A stretch of DNA of 64,000 nucleotides from a virus (Duplodnaviria; Heunggongvirae; Uroviricota; Caudoviricetes). The notes under the pieces were generated by a model that saw only the letters and a list, made by a program, of their open reading frames with translations, was not told the origin of the DNA and did not search any database. Below are positions 1 to 9,641 of the stretch, in pieces. The number at the start of each line of letters is the position of its first letter. The stretch's first letter is position 1. The translations under genes and the position numbers were made by a program. The DNA is taken from positions 219,305 through 283,304 of the IMG/VR virus record IMGVR_UViG_3300031949_000001; one strand, 5' to 3'.

Positions 1-435
1 ATGTTCCTCCGCATCTTCTTCACCATTCGCTGGCTGTTCTTCGTTCTGAGGATGACTGGTAGTCGGCATCATACCTGATGGAGAGTTTGGTGGGTCCATA
101 ACACCCCCGTTGATCGGTGGATGAGATGGAGCGACATTAAACATATCCTTCGTCAAACTCAACGATTGAGGTACGGAAATTACGGCACTCGGGATAATAT
201 GAGAATGGTCATTTAAAGCCCAAGCAAAAACCACACAATGATCATGTGGAGTCTTTTCGGTAGGCTGATACATTACGACAGGCTTGTGACCTTTGTTGAA
301 AATGTCTCGACTGTCACCCATCTTATCACCCATGAAAGCAAACGTTATATCACCAATTGTGATACGATCCGGTAGATTACTAAGTTTACCAGCCAGGAAG
401 GCTCTTTCAACGTCTCTTAAGTTTTCAAATTTCAT
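1..435 (-). CDS. hypothetical protein, partial (C-terminus lies beyond the window start)
   Basis: Open minus-strand frame runs from the window edge to an ATG (reverse complement at 433-435) preceded by an AAGAGG ribosome-binding site. The protein begins MKFENLRDVERAFLAGK. This gene is missing from the ORF track. Confidence 0.45.
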   Translation of the reverse strand, partial: MKFENLRDVERAFLAGKLSNLPDRITIGDITFAFMGDKMGDSRDIFNKGHKPVVMYQPTEKTPHDHCVVFAWALNDHSHIIPSAVISVPQSLSLTKDMFNVAPSHPPINGGVMDPPNSPSGMMPTTSHPQNEEQPANGEEDAEEH

Positions 436-460
436 GGTCTGCCTCTTTTCTGTTATTTAT

Positions 461-1117
461 TCAAGCAGTAGCATAGAATTCGTCTATTCGCGCTTTTAAG
501 GGTAAGATGTATGGATAGATTGGTTTTTTAAAAACCAACGGAGCTATTCCTCTCTCCACTGACATGAGGGTTACGATTTGTTCAATTGGCTCGCCTGTTA
601 GTTCTGTAAATGCTAAAGCGTAGAAAGTTTCCTGAAGAAAGTAATCTTCAATCATCTCTTCTGTTTTATTCCCATTTGATGTTTTGAAGTCAACAATCGA
701 TAAAACATTATTATACTCTGCAATACAATCAACTCTTCCGGCTACGCCTAGAAACTCACTATAAACCGTTGCTTCTTGTGCGCGAATGTTGTTTATTTTA
801 TGTAGTACCAATCTTAGTTGATTAAACTGTTTGACATGTTCCTTTCCATGACCTTTGGTTGGATCATCGTCATTGTCTAAATACCTTTCCACCATCGCGT
901 GAATAGAATGACCTCGATCCTTTGTTCGTTCGTTTTCTTTTTTAGCTTTTTCCGGACCGAGAGATTTTTGCCATGCTACAAGATATGGCTTCTCTTTAAC
1001 AGACAAAACGCTGGTAATCGAAGGATAAAAATCTCCATTAGGGATTTCATACCAACGTTTATTTTTGAAGGTGGTTGACCGTAATTCTGGCAACTCTGTT
1101 TTTATATGAGTGAACAA
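461..1117 (-). CDS. PD-(D/E)XK nuclease, RecB/Cas4-like exonuclease
   Basis: N-terminal YPSITSVL motif; RVDCI and VDFKT (D...D/ExK) motifs; QETFY (QxxxY) motif typical of RecB-family nucleases. Confidence 0.55.
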   Translation of the reverse strand: MFTHIKTELPELRSTTFKNKRWYEIPNGDFYPSITSVLSVKEKPYLVAWQKSLGPEKAKKENERTKDRGHSIHAMVERYLDNDDDPTKGHGKEHVKQFNQLRLVLHKINNIRAQEATVYSEFLGVAGRVDCIAEYNNVLSIVDFKTSNGNKTEEMIEDYFLQETFYALAFTELTGEPIEQIVTLMSVERGIAPLVFKKPIYPYILPLKARIDEFYATA

Positions 1118-1119
1118 GT

Positions 1120-1707
1120 TTAACTAAATGATGCCCCAAATCCTACCCTTGCTGAAGGTGCTATTGTTTGAGTAGTTTTTGCACCGGAAGGGGTGGTTGT
1201 TTTTTCGGGATTACCAGAACGTCCCATTGTACCCATTCCGGAGACGGGTGGTGGGGTGGTTGGACCGCCAGGAACCGATTGTTTTTGCTGTTGGTTAGTA
1301 AGTGCGTCTATTTGTCCCTGCGTGCGCTTTAATTCGGAATCAATTTGTTTATCACCATCAGCTTTAAGCCTCATCGCTGCTTGCTGTTTTTGCTTCCATA
1401 TTTGCATTTGAGGATCGGCGGTTGAAAGATTCAGCGCCCCAGGATTCGATTGTTGAGGCTGAGTTACTGGATTCGGAGCTTGATCTTCTGAGACCGCATT
1501 AATAGCCGACTGTGATCGTTGCATGTCACTATCAAACTTTTGTTGTAGATCGGCTTTCCTCTTAAGCAGCGCTTGTTGCTTGAGTTGTAACGCTTTCAAT
1601 TGGGTATTAGTTACATTGGTTTGACTACCGGTACTCGAAGAGGGAGGGGTTGAACCCATCGCAGCTTGGTCATATTCAGCCAATAGAAACTCTTTAAACG
1701 TCAACAT
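1120..1707 (-). CDS. hypothetical Gln/Pro-rich coiled-coil protein
   Basis: 195-aa ORF with low-complexity Q-rich segments and a TAA stop. Confidence 0.45.
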   Translation of the reverse strand: MLTFKEFLLAEYDQAAMGSTPPSSSTGSQTNVTNTQLKALQLKQQALLKRKADLQQKFDSDMQRSQSAINAVSEDQAPNPVTQPQQSNPGALNLSTADPQMQIWKQKQQAAMRLKADGDKQIDSELKRTQGQIDALTNQQQKQSVPGGPTTPPPVSGMGTMGRSGNPEKTTTPSGAKTTQTIAPSARVGFGASFS

Positions 1708-3053
1708 TAGAAAGTTCCTTGAGCGCGAACGTCTTCGGCTTCCCGACCGGCTTCAGAACGATACTTAGCAAGCAACATTAGCTTCTTTGCTTCGTCTTGA
1801 TCCTTCTTCTTAGTATCGTAGTAACCTTTAGCATCCATGACTTCTTGTTCAGAACGGACCTTGTTATTGGCGATTTGAGCGGCATATTTGGCTTCGTCAG
1901 CATTTGCCTGAGCCTTACGAGCATCTGCTTCAGCTTTACGAGCGTCGATGTCTGCTTTTAACATATCGATAACTTTATCTAGCGCCGATCCTGCCTCACC
2001 TTCACCGCTTGGAGCATCCATCATACCCATATCCATATCACCCATACCCGGCATTGTTCCACCAGCGCCACCTTCGGCGCCTAGATTTGGTAATCCTGCC
2101 TCACCTTCAGCCCCCGGAGCAGCACCAGCTACACCAGCAGCTCCACCCGGAACGCCTCCTGCTGGCTCTTCTGCGTCTTCTGGAATATTTGGCCATTCTG
2201 CATGAAGGATATCAAATCGACCGCGCAAGTTGAAAAGCAATTCAGCTATTTCATTTGGGGTTGAATCAGTTCTATTGAGTTCGGCAGCAACAACATTCTC
2301 AAAATCATCTGCTTGATCTGGACGGACGTATACAACAACAATTTGTCCTGTTTCGTCTTTAAGACCGAAGGGAACTGAATTGCGCTGGAAGTCAAGACGT
2401 TTCTCGGCTGAGTCTAGCTTGGAATGAACATCAGCCGCATTGAATTTATTAGCACCAGGAGCAAACTCCGTTAAGAGTGTACGCATGAAGCTTTCTTTGA
2501 GGTTAAGCACCGAAGATGATTCGTTATGATAACGAATCACAGGAACGTTACCCACAGCTTTTCTGCGACGCAACATCTTTGGTCTTGAAAACAATTGGTT
2601 AGGATATGCAGCAACTGCGCCAGCGCCTACTGATCCACCGGCTGCATCTTCAGAAACTAGTTTACGTTTGGTCTTACTTTCCATAATATTAACCCTCTTT
2701 GGCGGCTTTTTGAATTTCATTGCGTCGAAAGAAAGAACCTTATCTAAAGCGATTTTAGAATCCATAGATGGAGATACAGCATACATCATGTCTCTAATAT
2801 CGGTAAAGGTCAAAGAGCCTAGACAGAAGTATCTAGCCTTTGGAACATTACCTTCGCTTAGCTTTTTCGCAACGTTTTCAAGTTCGGAAATGATACCAAA
2901 CATTCGAATCTTACGTTCTTCGTCTTCTTCGTATTCAGACTTTCTTCTTAATTTTCCGATTAGACGCTCAACGATGTCTAGAACGTGACTAATCTCCATA
3001 GGAGTAATAGTCTTGTCTCGGTCGAGATAGAATTTCAAAGGGCGCATATCCAA
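1707..3053 (-). CDS. hypothetical protein with Gly/Ala-rich linker and charged coiled-coil C-terminus
   Basis: 448-aa ORF. An ATAAATA-type late-promoter core lies about 35 nt upstream of the start. Confidence 0.5.
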   Translation of the reverse strand: MDMRPLKFYLDRDKTITPMEISHVLDIVERLIGKLRRKSEYEEDEERKIRMFGIISELENVAKKLSEGNVPKARYFCLGSLTFTDIRDMMYAVSPSMDSKIALDKVLSFDAMKFKKPPKRVNIMESKTKRKLVSEDAAGGSVGAGAVAAYPNQLFSRPKMLRRRKAVGNVPVIRYHNESSSVLNLKESFMRTLLTEFAPGANKFNAADVHSKLDSAEKRLDFQRNSVPFGLKDETGQIVVVYVRPDQADDFENVVAAELNRTDSTPNEIAELLFNLRGRFDILHAEWPNIPEDAEEPAGGVPGGAAGVAGAAPGAEGEAGLPNLGAEGGAGGTMPGMGDMDMGMMDAPSGEGEAGSALDKVIDMLKADIDARKAEADARKAQANADEAKYAAQIANNKVRSEQEVMDAKGYYDTKKKDQDEAKKLMLLAKYRSEAGREAEDVRAQGTF

Positions 3054-3119
3054 AACCTTAAAATATTTAGTAGTCTTGGATATTTATTGTCTTATGGAAG
3101 CTACTACTGAAAAAGTTCT

Positions 3120-3449
3120 TTAAGACTCAAGGTCTTCGACTAGTTCAGCCTTGGACTCTTCGAGAATACCATCAATCTTGAAAGTACGCCAATTTAGTTC
3201 TTCCCGTACGTCATTACCTGTATGTGTAAGCCAATCAGCAAAAGAGAAAATTCGCTTGTTTTGTTTATCTCTGTATTGACGATATTCAGCCACAAGTCCT
3301 TCTAAAGCTTCACATGATTCTGGATTCCAACCCGTAACGTCTAGAGCCTTCACTTGGTCTCGCGGAGCATCGATAAGTACGATGTTCCGCTCTGTTAATT
3401 CACCATTTATTTTAACGTAAACAATGGTAGTTGTTTCTGCTGCTTTCAT
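3120..3449 (-). CDS. hypothetical protein
   Basis: 109-aa ORF in a co-directional gene string. Confidence 0.4.
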   Translation of the reverse strand: MKAAETTTIVYVKINGELTERNIVLIDAPRDQVKALDVTGWNPESCEALEGLVAEYRQYRDKQNKRIFSFADWLTHTGNDVREELNWRTFKIDGILEESKAELVEDLES

Positions 3450-3470
3450 CTTCTCTCCTTGAGTGGTGTA

Positions 3471-3812
3471 TTACTGTACAGCGTCTGGCGCGTCGTTGGT
3501 AACAGCCTTAAGCTTGCGTGCTTTAGGTGCGCCCGCGCCCGCAGCAGGAACGACTGGAGCAGCATTTGCAGCGGCTTGAGCGGCTTGAAGCTCTTTGATA
3601 CGCTGTGCATTCCATTGACGGACTGCATTTACTACGTTGTCGCCTAGAGCGCGCCGGGCGGCTTCCATCATTGCTGCTGTTCTTTGTGCTTCAACCATCT
3701 TAACTTGTGCTTCCTGGTACAACGAAACCAAGCCCTTGATCTGGTCTGGAAGTTCGCTGGTGATGTATTCGATTTCATCTACGTTGATTTTTTCTACCAA
3801 AGGTTCGTTCAT
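3471..3812 (-). CDS. hypothetical coiled-coil protein
   Basis: 113-aa ORF with an Ala-rich helical sequence. Confidence 0.4.
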   Translation of the reverse strand: MNEPLVEKINVDEIEYITSELPDQIKGLVSLYQEAQVKMVEAQRTAAMMEAARRALGDNVVNAVRQWNAQRIKELQAAQAAANAAPVVPAAGAGAPKARKLKAVTNDAPDAVQ

Positions 3813-3822
3813 TTTTAATCTC

Positions 3823-5151
3823 CTATTGTGTGGGTATCATATCTATTAAATCATTTACATTGCTTTTTGGATCTGGTTTAGGGTTTTTGTTCTTTGGACC
3901 ATTTCCACCGAAAAGTGACGGTTTTCCTATATCTCTAATTCTCAGAGAATTTCTATCCCATGCCAAGTCGATTCTTGTTACATCAACCGTAACGTTCCTA
4001 TTTGCCAAAAACTGGAATGAAATCAAGCCTTCAGCCTTCATTCTCTCCGATTGATAAATCGCAACAAGATCATCAGTCGTATTTATCTTACTAACACCAC
4101 CTGCAATCATACCACCATTATATGATGTGACAGATTCGCCTAATGCGGTACGATTCAACTGGGAGGCGGAAGTTCCGTACATATCATAGTCCACTAAAAT
4201 CTGACGCAATTGCTCACTAACAAGTTTATCCTTTGTGAACGCATCCCCGATGGAAACATCTCTTTCATTTGGATAAAACAAATCTAAGTAATCGAATGCT
4301 ATAGCCTGAGGGATGTAACCACGCTTCAATTCAAACTCTTTTAGATAGCTCCTAATATGGACTGGACGTGTACCAGCAGGCATGTGTTCAACAACTAGGT
4401 CTACGGTATCCTGTAATCGTTCAATAGCGTGTATGACCTCTGTTTCTCTATCTAAAAGTTCTCTGGATGGTATTCCGGAAACCATTTGAGCGAAGCGTTT
4501 CCATATGACTGGTACCGAAAGTTCCAAGGAAATATAGAGAGCAGGTAAGTCTTGTTCGGCGAGGTTCAAGCACAAGTTTTGCATTGTGATTGATTTTCCG
4601 CCTTTTGGTGGAGCGGTCCAAAGTAACATTTCTTGTCGCGAAATGCCACCTTCCATGATATAATCAAATTCCTTCCAACCAGTTGACTGCTTTGGGTGAG
4701 TACGGAGACGTTCCATCATCCCGCGTGGGTCTTCTGTTAACCCCATACCAATTTGTTTATGTAATGATATGGTGCTGGCTTCGGTAACTAAATTTTTGAC
4801 CTTTGCGGCAACAACATCCGGATTCGTATCTTCCTGATTTATTAACGCAGCAGAAGACAATACTGCCGAGATCAATGCTTGTTCTTTACAAAATTTCTCT
4901 ACTTCGATTGCACAGTATTCGATTTGGTCTCTTGTTATCTGGACTAACTCTATTTCAATATCAGACTCCGCGAGAACTTGTGCTGGACTTGGAACTGCGT
5001 TGTACTTATCAGCATAGCCTTTGATAAATGATACTGCATTTTTCAAAGCTGGAGTAAAATATTCTGCCTTAATGATTGGGGCGCAGAGCGCAAAGAGTGG
5101 TGCCGATGAAATCAAATAGCTGACGATCAGCTTTTGTTTGGCGTCGTTCAT
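3823..5151 (-). CDS. replicative DNA helicase, DnaB/gp41 family
   Basis: C-terminal RecA-like domain with Walker A motif PPKGGKS and the segment LYISLELS. Length 442 aa. The stop codon is TAG. Confidence 0.8.
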   Translation of the reverse strand: MNDAKQKLIVSYLISSAPLFALCAPIIKAEYFTPALKNAVSFIKGYADKYNAVPSPAQVLAESDIEIELVQITRDQIEYCAIEVEKFCKEQALISAVLSSAALINQEDTNPDVVAAKVKNLVTEASTISLHKQIGMGLTEDPRGMMERLRTHPKQSTGWKEFDYIMEGGISRQEMLLWTAPPKGGKSITMQNLCLNLAEQDLPALYISLELSVPVIWKRFAQMVSGIPSRELLDRETEVIHAIERLQDTVDLVVEHMPAGTRPVHIRSYLKEFELKRGYIPQAIAFDYLDLFYPNERDVSIGDAFTKDKLVSEQLRQILVDYDMYGTSASQLNRTALGESVTSYNGGMIAGGVSKINTTDDLVAIYQSERMKAEGLISFQFLANRNVTVDVTRIDLAWDRNSLRIRDIGKPSLFGGNGPKNKNPKPDPKSNVNDLIDMIPTQ

Positions 5152-5205
5152 TTTTATTCCTTATTATGATTCTAGTGTAGCATTCTGACGGCGCGCCGTC
5201 AAGAA

Positions 5206-6165
5206 TTATAACTGGGTAAATTGTATTGGTGGGAACATTTGTGTTATTAAGCTACGTTGGACGAATAAATCACCTTGGAATGTATACGAAATTACTGCGC
5301 TTTGTAGTGTAGAAATAGATGATGCCAAGATGATTTGAAGCAAATCTTTGTCTGCAAGGGAGAATGGTGTCTTACCAAGAAGAATTACAACGTCATTGAG
5401 TGATATTGGTCCAGTTGTATTAACGCTAACGACATAAAATGGTGTGTTATCCGGAAGACTCAATGTGCTTAAGATTACAGCCATATCTACTGTCTGAACC
5501 TTATACACTAAACCATTAATCGAGATAGTGTCTGTATCACCCCATGGTGTAGAAATCGATGGAAGTAAAGAGAATGGCAAACCCACAGTAGTGAGTGGAG
5601 TAAATGTCGTACCCATTAAAAACTGTAGAACCATTGTAGCTGGATTTACGAGGTCAGGTGTGGCTATGGTTAAGAAGCCATTTGTAGAGATTTGTACAGG
5701 AGGAGCCACTGGTGTGGTAGTAGCAATGTTCCCACCTAATGGAGCCGTTGAACGGGCTATACATTGTGCGATACCGAGTTCTTCGTCATTGAATGTGATC
5801 GTTAAGTTATTTTGATCTACATAGACAATGCTTATAGGATCTTTAGGATGAGGATTTCCCTCGGTGTCAAAGACGTAAACTTTGACGCTAGGGTTGATGC
5901 CCATCCCATGATCGATATTCCAAATTGTGTTTTTTAGTCTTTGTTGAAAGGTGAATAAAGCCTTTCGTTGAACCCAATCTTCCAACCCAGGCTCAATGGG
6001 TGTTGGTTGTCCAGTCTTATAGGTTTGAAGAACTCTCTGGAATTGTAAATCTCCATGGCAAGATTCGGTTATGATACACTTCCCCATAACTTCCAAGCCT
6101 TGAGTATTTTGTGGTATTTGGATGGTGCGTTTGCACCTATCACATTCGTAAACTACAATCGCCAT
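5206..6165 (-). CDS. hypothetical protein with N-terminal zinc ribbon
   Basis: CDRCKR...C..C..H at the N-terminus; 319 aa. Confidence 0.45.
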   Translation of the reverse strand: MAIVVYECDRCKRTIQIPQNTQGLEVMGKCIITESCHGDLQFQRVLQTYKTGQPTPIEPGLEDWVQRKALFTFQQRLKNTIWNIDHGMGINPSVKVYVFDTEGNPHPKDPISIVYVDQNNLTITFNDEELGIAQCIARSTAPLGGNIATTTPVAPPVQISTNGFLTIATPDLVNPATMVLQFLMGTTFTPLTTVGLPFSLLPSISTPWGDTDTISINGLVYKVQTVDMAVILSTLSLPDNTPFYVVSVNTTGPISLNDVVILLGKTPFSLADKDLLQIILASSISTLQSAVISYTFQGDLFVQRSLITQMFPPIQFTQL

Positions 6166-6168
6166 CTA

Positions 6169-6495
6169 TTATCTTGCACCGAGAATCAAACTCTTTTCTT
6201 GAGTGGTTGGTTGTTGTATGGATGAAGTCTGTTGAATGAAACCATTTACGATTGGTTCTGGAGACTTGACAGGCTCCGCAGAGATAGCTGACCGATAAAC
6301 CTTGGCATCGCCTTCGGACATTGTGCTGACCATCCATGGGGCGAACATCAATATTGACTTACCACTCTCTGGATGCTGCTGAATAACCATAACATGCGGC
6401 TTTCCGAGAATGATATGATCTTCCATTTCTTTCTTTAAATAACCAATCAATTCTTCACCACTTAAAAGTCTGTAAATTTTTACCTCTATAGCCAT
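6169..6495 (-). CDS. hypothetical protein
   Basis: 108-aa ORF. Confidence 0.4.
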   Translation of the reverse strand: MAIEVKIYRLLSGEELIGYLKKEMEDHIILGKPHVMVIQQHPESGKSILMFAPWMVSTMSEGDAKVYRSAISAEPVKSPEPIVNGFIQQTSSIQQPTTQEKSLILGAR

Positions 6496-6504
6496 ATTGT
6501 TCTC

Positions 6505-7092
6505 CTAGATTAGCATATTGTATAGTTCTTCGTATTCTGGAAAGCTATTCTTATGGATGGCATAGTAATATGGAATACCAAAGAAAACGATTTCAGCACC
6601 TTTATCTATACCTTCGAATAGATTTTCAGAAACGTATGTGTAGCCTAATAATTCAGTTATCAATCCCTTAACAGTTCCTTCATCAAAATTCTCTTGAAGC
6701 TCTTCAAACGTGCTCTGATAGCGCTTGCTAGATGAAGTTATTTCCGGATTATAAATGAAATTGTAACGATTAGTGGGGAAGACGTAGTATGTCTGATACC
6801 CTTCTTGCAGTCTAAAGGATTTGACACCGTTTGTAAAGATGGCGCGCTGGTGAATTCTCTGAATACCAAATTTACTCTCAAAAGCCTCATTAAAAGATTC
6901 GATAAGTGGACTTTCTTTCTTGTGATGTCTTACTTTTACTTGTCTGAACCAATCATGGGTCTCGTTTTGAGATAAGTTTTTTAAAAGAGGTTCCCCTTTA
7001 GATTCTTGAAGAAATTCGGTACATTGTCTCAGCCGGAACAGTTCGGCAGACATTCGTTCTTCGATGGATGAAAAAAGTTCTTTGGCTCTCAC
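6505..7092 (-). CDS. hypothetical protein
   Basis: 195-aa ORF with a TAG stop. Confidence 0.45.
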   Translation of the reverse strand: MRAKELFSSIEERMSAELFRLRQCTEFLQESKGEPLLKNLSQNETHDWFRQVKVRHHKKESPLIESFNEAFESKFGIQRIHQRAIFTNGVKSFRLQEGYQTYYVFPTNRYNFIYNPEITSSSKRYQSTFEELQENFDEGTVKGLITELLGYTYVSENLFEGIDKGAEIVFFGIPYYYAIHKNSFPEYEELYNMLI

Positions 7093-7151
7093 GATTAACC
7101 CTTTAAAGAATTATTTATGACTTTTTAGGGTAAGTTTAAAGCACACAAAAA

Positions 7152-7178
7152 GGGACCGAGAACCGGTCCCTTTTTGTT
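7152..7178. terminator. bidirectional rho-independent terminator
   Basis: GGGACCG-agaac-CGGTCCC hairpin flanked by an A-run on the 5' side and TTTTTGTT on the 3' side. Confidence 0.6.
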
Positions 7179-7221
7179 GGTGGCTTAAGAGAGGAATGAC
7201 GAAACCACCTTGACGTAGCTT

Positions 7222-7518
7222 TTAAGCTGTAGCTTCGGTAGAGGCATGTGTTTTAAGCTCGCTAATCTTTGCAATTAGCTCATTACAATCAGTAACGATC
7301 TTAGGCACAATGTAGGTTGGACCGCGAACGATTTCATCAATCATGTAGCTAAACTCAGATTGCCACACATACATCTGTGATTTCGTTCCATCCTTAGAGC
7401 GGATTGCTTTCCCCATACCTTGTGTTGCTACCCGAAATGCGTGATTCAAAAAATCAACAATCTGTTTAATATCCAGAACTGTTTCCTTACCGTCTTTATT
7501 TTGTTCCCGTACGGACAT
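7222..7518 (-). CDS. hypothetical protein
   Basis: 98-aa ORF. A TATATAAT -10-like element lies upstream. Confidence 0.4.
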   Translation of the reverse strand: MSVREQNKDGKETVLDIKQIVDFLNHAFRVATQGMGKAIRSKDGTKSQMYVWQSEFSYMIDEIVRGPTYIVPKIVTDCNELIAKISELKTHASTEATA

Positions 7519-7629
7519 AAGAACCTCATAAAGTTTGGTTAATCAAAAGCCCATGTTTAAATGGACACTTAAGGTCAGGCTACGACCTATGAACCCATTA
7601 TATACGGTTCGATGGAGGAGCGCAAGTGT

Positions 7630-8031
7630 TTACTTTGGTTTGGCTGGTCTACCGGCTTTCTTGACTGGAGGAACGGGTACGAAATTGTCTTCAGTTGCGG
7701 CTGGACCAGTTTCGGTTTCATCAACAGTCGCAAGTGTTAATGGAGCGGGTACGAAACTTCGTGTCCGCGACTGCTTTGAAGATGCCACTGCATCAGAAAC
7801 CCGCTCTAACAGACGGGCAGGCAACGAATTCCATAAATTTTGTGCGAATCGGTGCCAATTTTCTTGGGTGGCATTAAATTGCTTTAGATGCACTTCGATA
7901 TATTCCCTTTGAATTTCAAGAACATCGATTACATCTTGATAACCAGAAGCAGAAAGCAGAGGAACCGTAGCATGTACGAATTCCTCTAATTTCGTTGGAC
8001 TTATAATTGTTGATAGAAATAAACCTTGCAT
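7630..8031 (-). CDS. hypothetical protein
   Basis: 133-aa ORF with a basic C-terminus. Confidence 0.4.
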   Translation of the reverse strand: MQGLFLSTIISPTKLEEFVHATVPLLSASGYQDVIDVLEIQREYIEVHLKQFNATQENWHRFAQNLWNSLPARLLERVSDAVASSKQSRTRSFVPAPLTLATVDETETGPAATEDNFVPVPPVKKAGRPAKPK

Positions 8032-8032
8032 T

Positions 8033-9016
8033 TTAGAACTCCTTGTTCATCATGGAAAAGTACCATTCGCGGCACTTGTTATTTACTTCCTTAACAACCT
8101 CTTTCCACTCGAAGCCATTTTCGGTGATAGTGTCCGACTCTTCCTTAAGAATGTCGCCAGCCACCCACTTCATAAAAACTCCGAAATTCTGAGCAGTTTG
8201 TTCTAACTTCTGCTGGTTTAGCAAAACGTCAAGACCTTGCTTAAGCCTACCTTCCGGCAAAATAAGCTCAACACAAGCCCGGATACTTTCAACTCGTTCA
8301 ACATCAACTGGAGCAACCGTCTTTACCTTAGACTTAGAATGTAAAGTCCCTTTCGTTTTGAACCAGAGATCGCTATCTGTAGGTCTTTCGAGACATGTCC
8401 AAACGATACCTTCACCTAAACCAGAGATACCAAATGACTTAGCCCAAGGGCACTCTTCTTCAACCTGAGCGGTGTATTTCACGAATTCCGCAACAGACTG
8501 CTCCGGAGTCTTGAAGTTAACCTCAACTACAAACGGGTTTATACGATGAATGGTATAAACACCATTAACCTCAAGCCTAGAAGTGTCAAGCTTATTCATC
8601 TGAGAAACGTATTCACCATTGCGCTTCGCAGCAAAAATTACCCACTGCCTTCTTGGAAGCTGACTGATAGCAACTGTATCCTGAATACCTGGACCACACC
8701 ATTCTCCATAGATGGTGATATCATCATCCTTTTCAGTACCGATTTGATCAAAAAGATGATTCAAGTCGTCTTGATTAAGCGTCGCAATGAACTTGGCGAA
8801 GTTGTAGTTATCAGCGGTTACGTCGAGAATTTGTTCACGCGACTGCGGCTGGAATTTGCCATGGAAACGGCGAACGCCAGCGTTGGTTCCGTGCAGCTTG
8901 ACGGTGCCGATGAATGTAAGAGTTGGAATCAAGTGCGGAGAGCTAATTCTGTTGAAATGCTCTCGGACGTTCTTGACAACGTGTCTGAATTGTTCGATAG
9001 ATGTAAACTTTTCCAT
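8033..9016 (-). CDS. RNA ligase 2 (Rnl2-like nucleotidyltransferase)
   Basis: Motif I KLHGTN (T4 Rnl2 has KIHGTN), motif IV EGIVW, motif V FKTKG; 327 aa. Confidence 0.7.
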   Translation of the reverse strand: MEKFTSIEQFRHVVKNVREHFNRISSPHLIPTLTFIGTVKLHGTNAGVRRFHGKFQPQSREQILDVTADNYNFAKFIATLNQDDLNHLFDQIGTEKDDDITIYGEWCGPGIQDTVAISQLPRRQWVIFAAKRNGEYVSQMNKLDTSRLEVNGVYTIHRINPFVVEVNFKTPEQSVAEFVKYTAQVEEECPWAKSFGISGLGEGIVWTCLERPTDSDLWFKTKGTLHSKSKVKTVAPVDVERVESIRACVELILPEGRLKQGLDVLLNQQKLEQTAQNFGVFMKWVAGDILKEESDTITENGFEWKEVVKEVNNKCREWYFSMMNKEF

Positions 9017-9030
9017 TTTAAACCAACCTA

Positions 9031-9390
9031 TTAGTCATCCAACATGATTATTGCTAAAATATTGATAAAATCTTCGGCAGTTTCTTCAGGCGTTGGATAC
9101 TCTGGTGAAACTTGAGCGGCACCGTTGCCTAGTTTGTCGCTCATAACCGCTTCCCAACGAACTGTTTGTCTTTCGTTATTAACGATAAAATTAACGTTTA
9201 TGTTCAAAAGCATTTCTTCTTTCGGTCTTGCTTCTGTCTCTGGTGCTGAATTCTGTTCATCCATGATCTTTCTCCTGTGTGAACCGTCTATTATATATGG
9301 CTTCAAAATTGAAGTCAATACCTTGACTTTCGCGGTTCCGTAAGGTACACTAGACCTTCTTAAAACTAAAACCCGCAAATCCCTTTTCAA
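9031..9390 (-). CDS. hypothetical protein
   Basis: 119-aa ORF. Confidence 0.4.
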   Translation of the reverse strand: MKRDLRVLVLRRSSVPYGTAKVKVLTSILKPYIIDGSHRRKIMDEQNSAPETEARPKEEMLLNINVNFIVNNERQTVRWEAVMSDKLGNGAAQVSPEYPTPEETAEDFINILAIIMLDD

Positions 9391-9641
9391 AGAGATGCTT
9401 ACGTAAAAAACGCAGTTTTCGGTTTTCCGATGGATAAATATAGAGAATAAACGAATCGGTTTATCACTAAGAATCTAAAGGAATGCTGAGGTCGCGTTTA
9501 CACAGAAAGGTTTGAAATATCTGAAAAGACGTGGCGTGTATACTGAAATGCTCAGCATACCGCAAGATATCAATGATGTTATTCATCCCTTCAGCAGTCC
9601 ATGAGAAGTACAGAATAAAAACAACAAAAGGAGCATGACAC

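Noticed and set aside
293-499. Plus-strand 68-aa ORF from the track
   Set aside because: It lies entirely inside the better-supported minus-strand gene 1..435 (ATG with AAGAGG ribosome-binding site, open to the window edge). It is likely spurious.
1193-2233. Short plus-strand ORFs nested in large minus-strand genes (e.g. 1193..1411, 1948..2205, 2009..2233, 29325..29642, 50119..50529)
   Set aside because: They are antisense to long, motif-bearing genes. The compositional bias (Pro/Ala/Ser-rich translations of GC-rich antisense) and the absence of ribosome-binding sites indicate chance ORFs.
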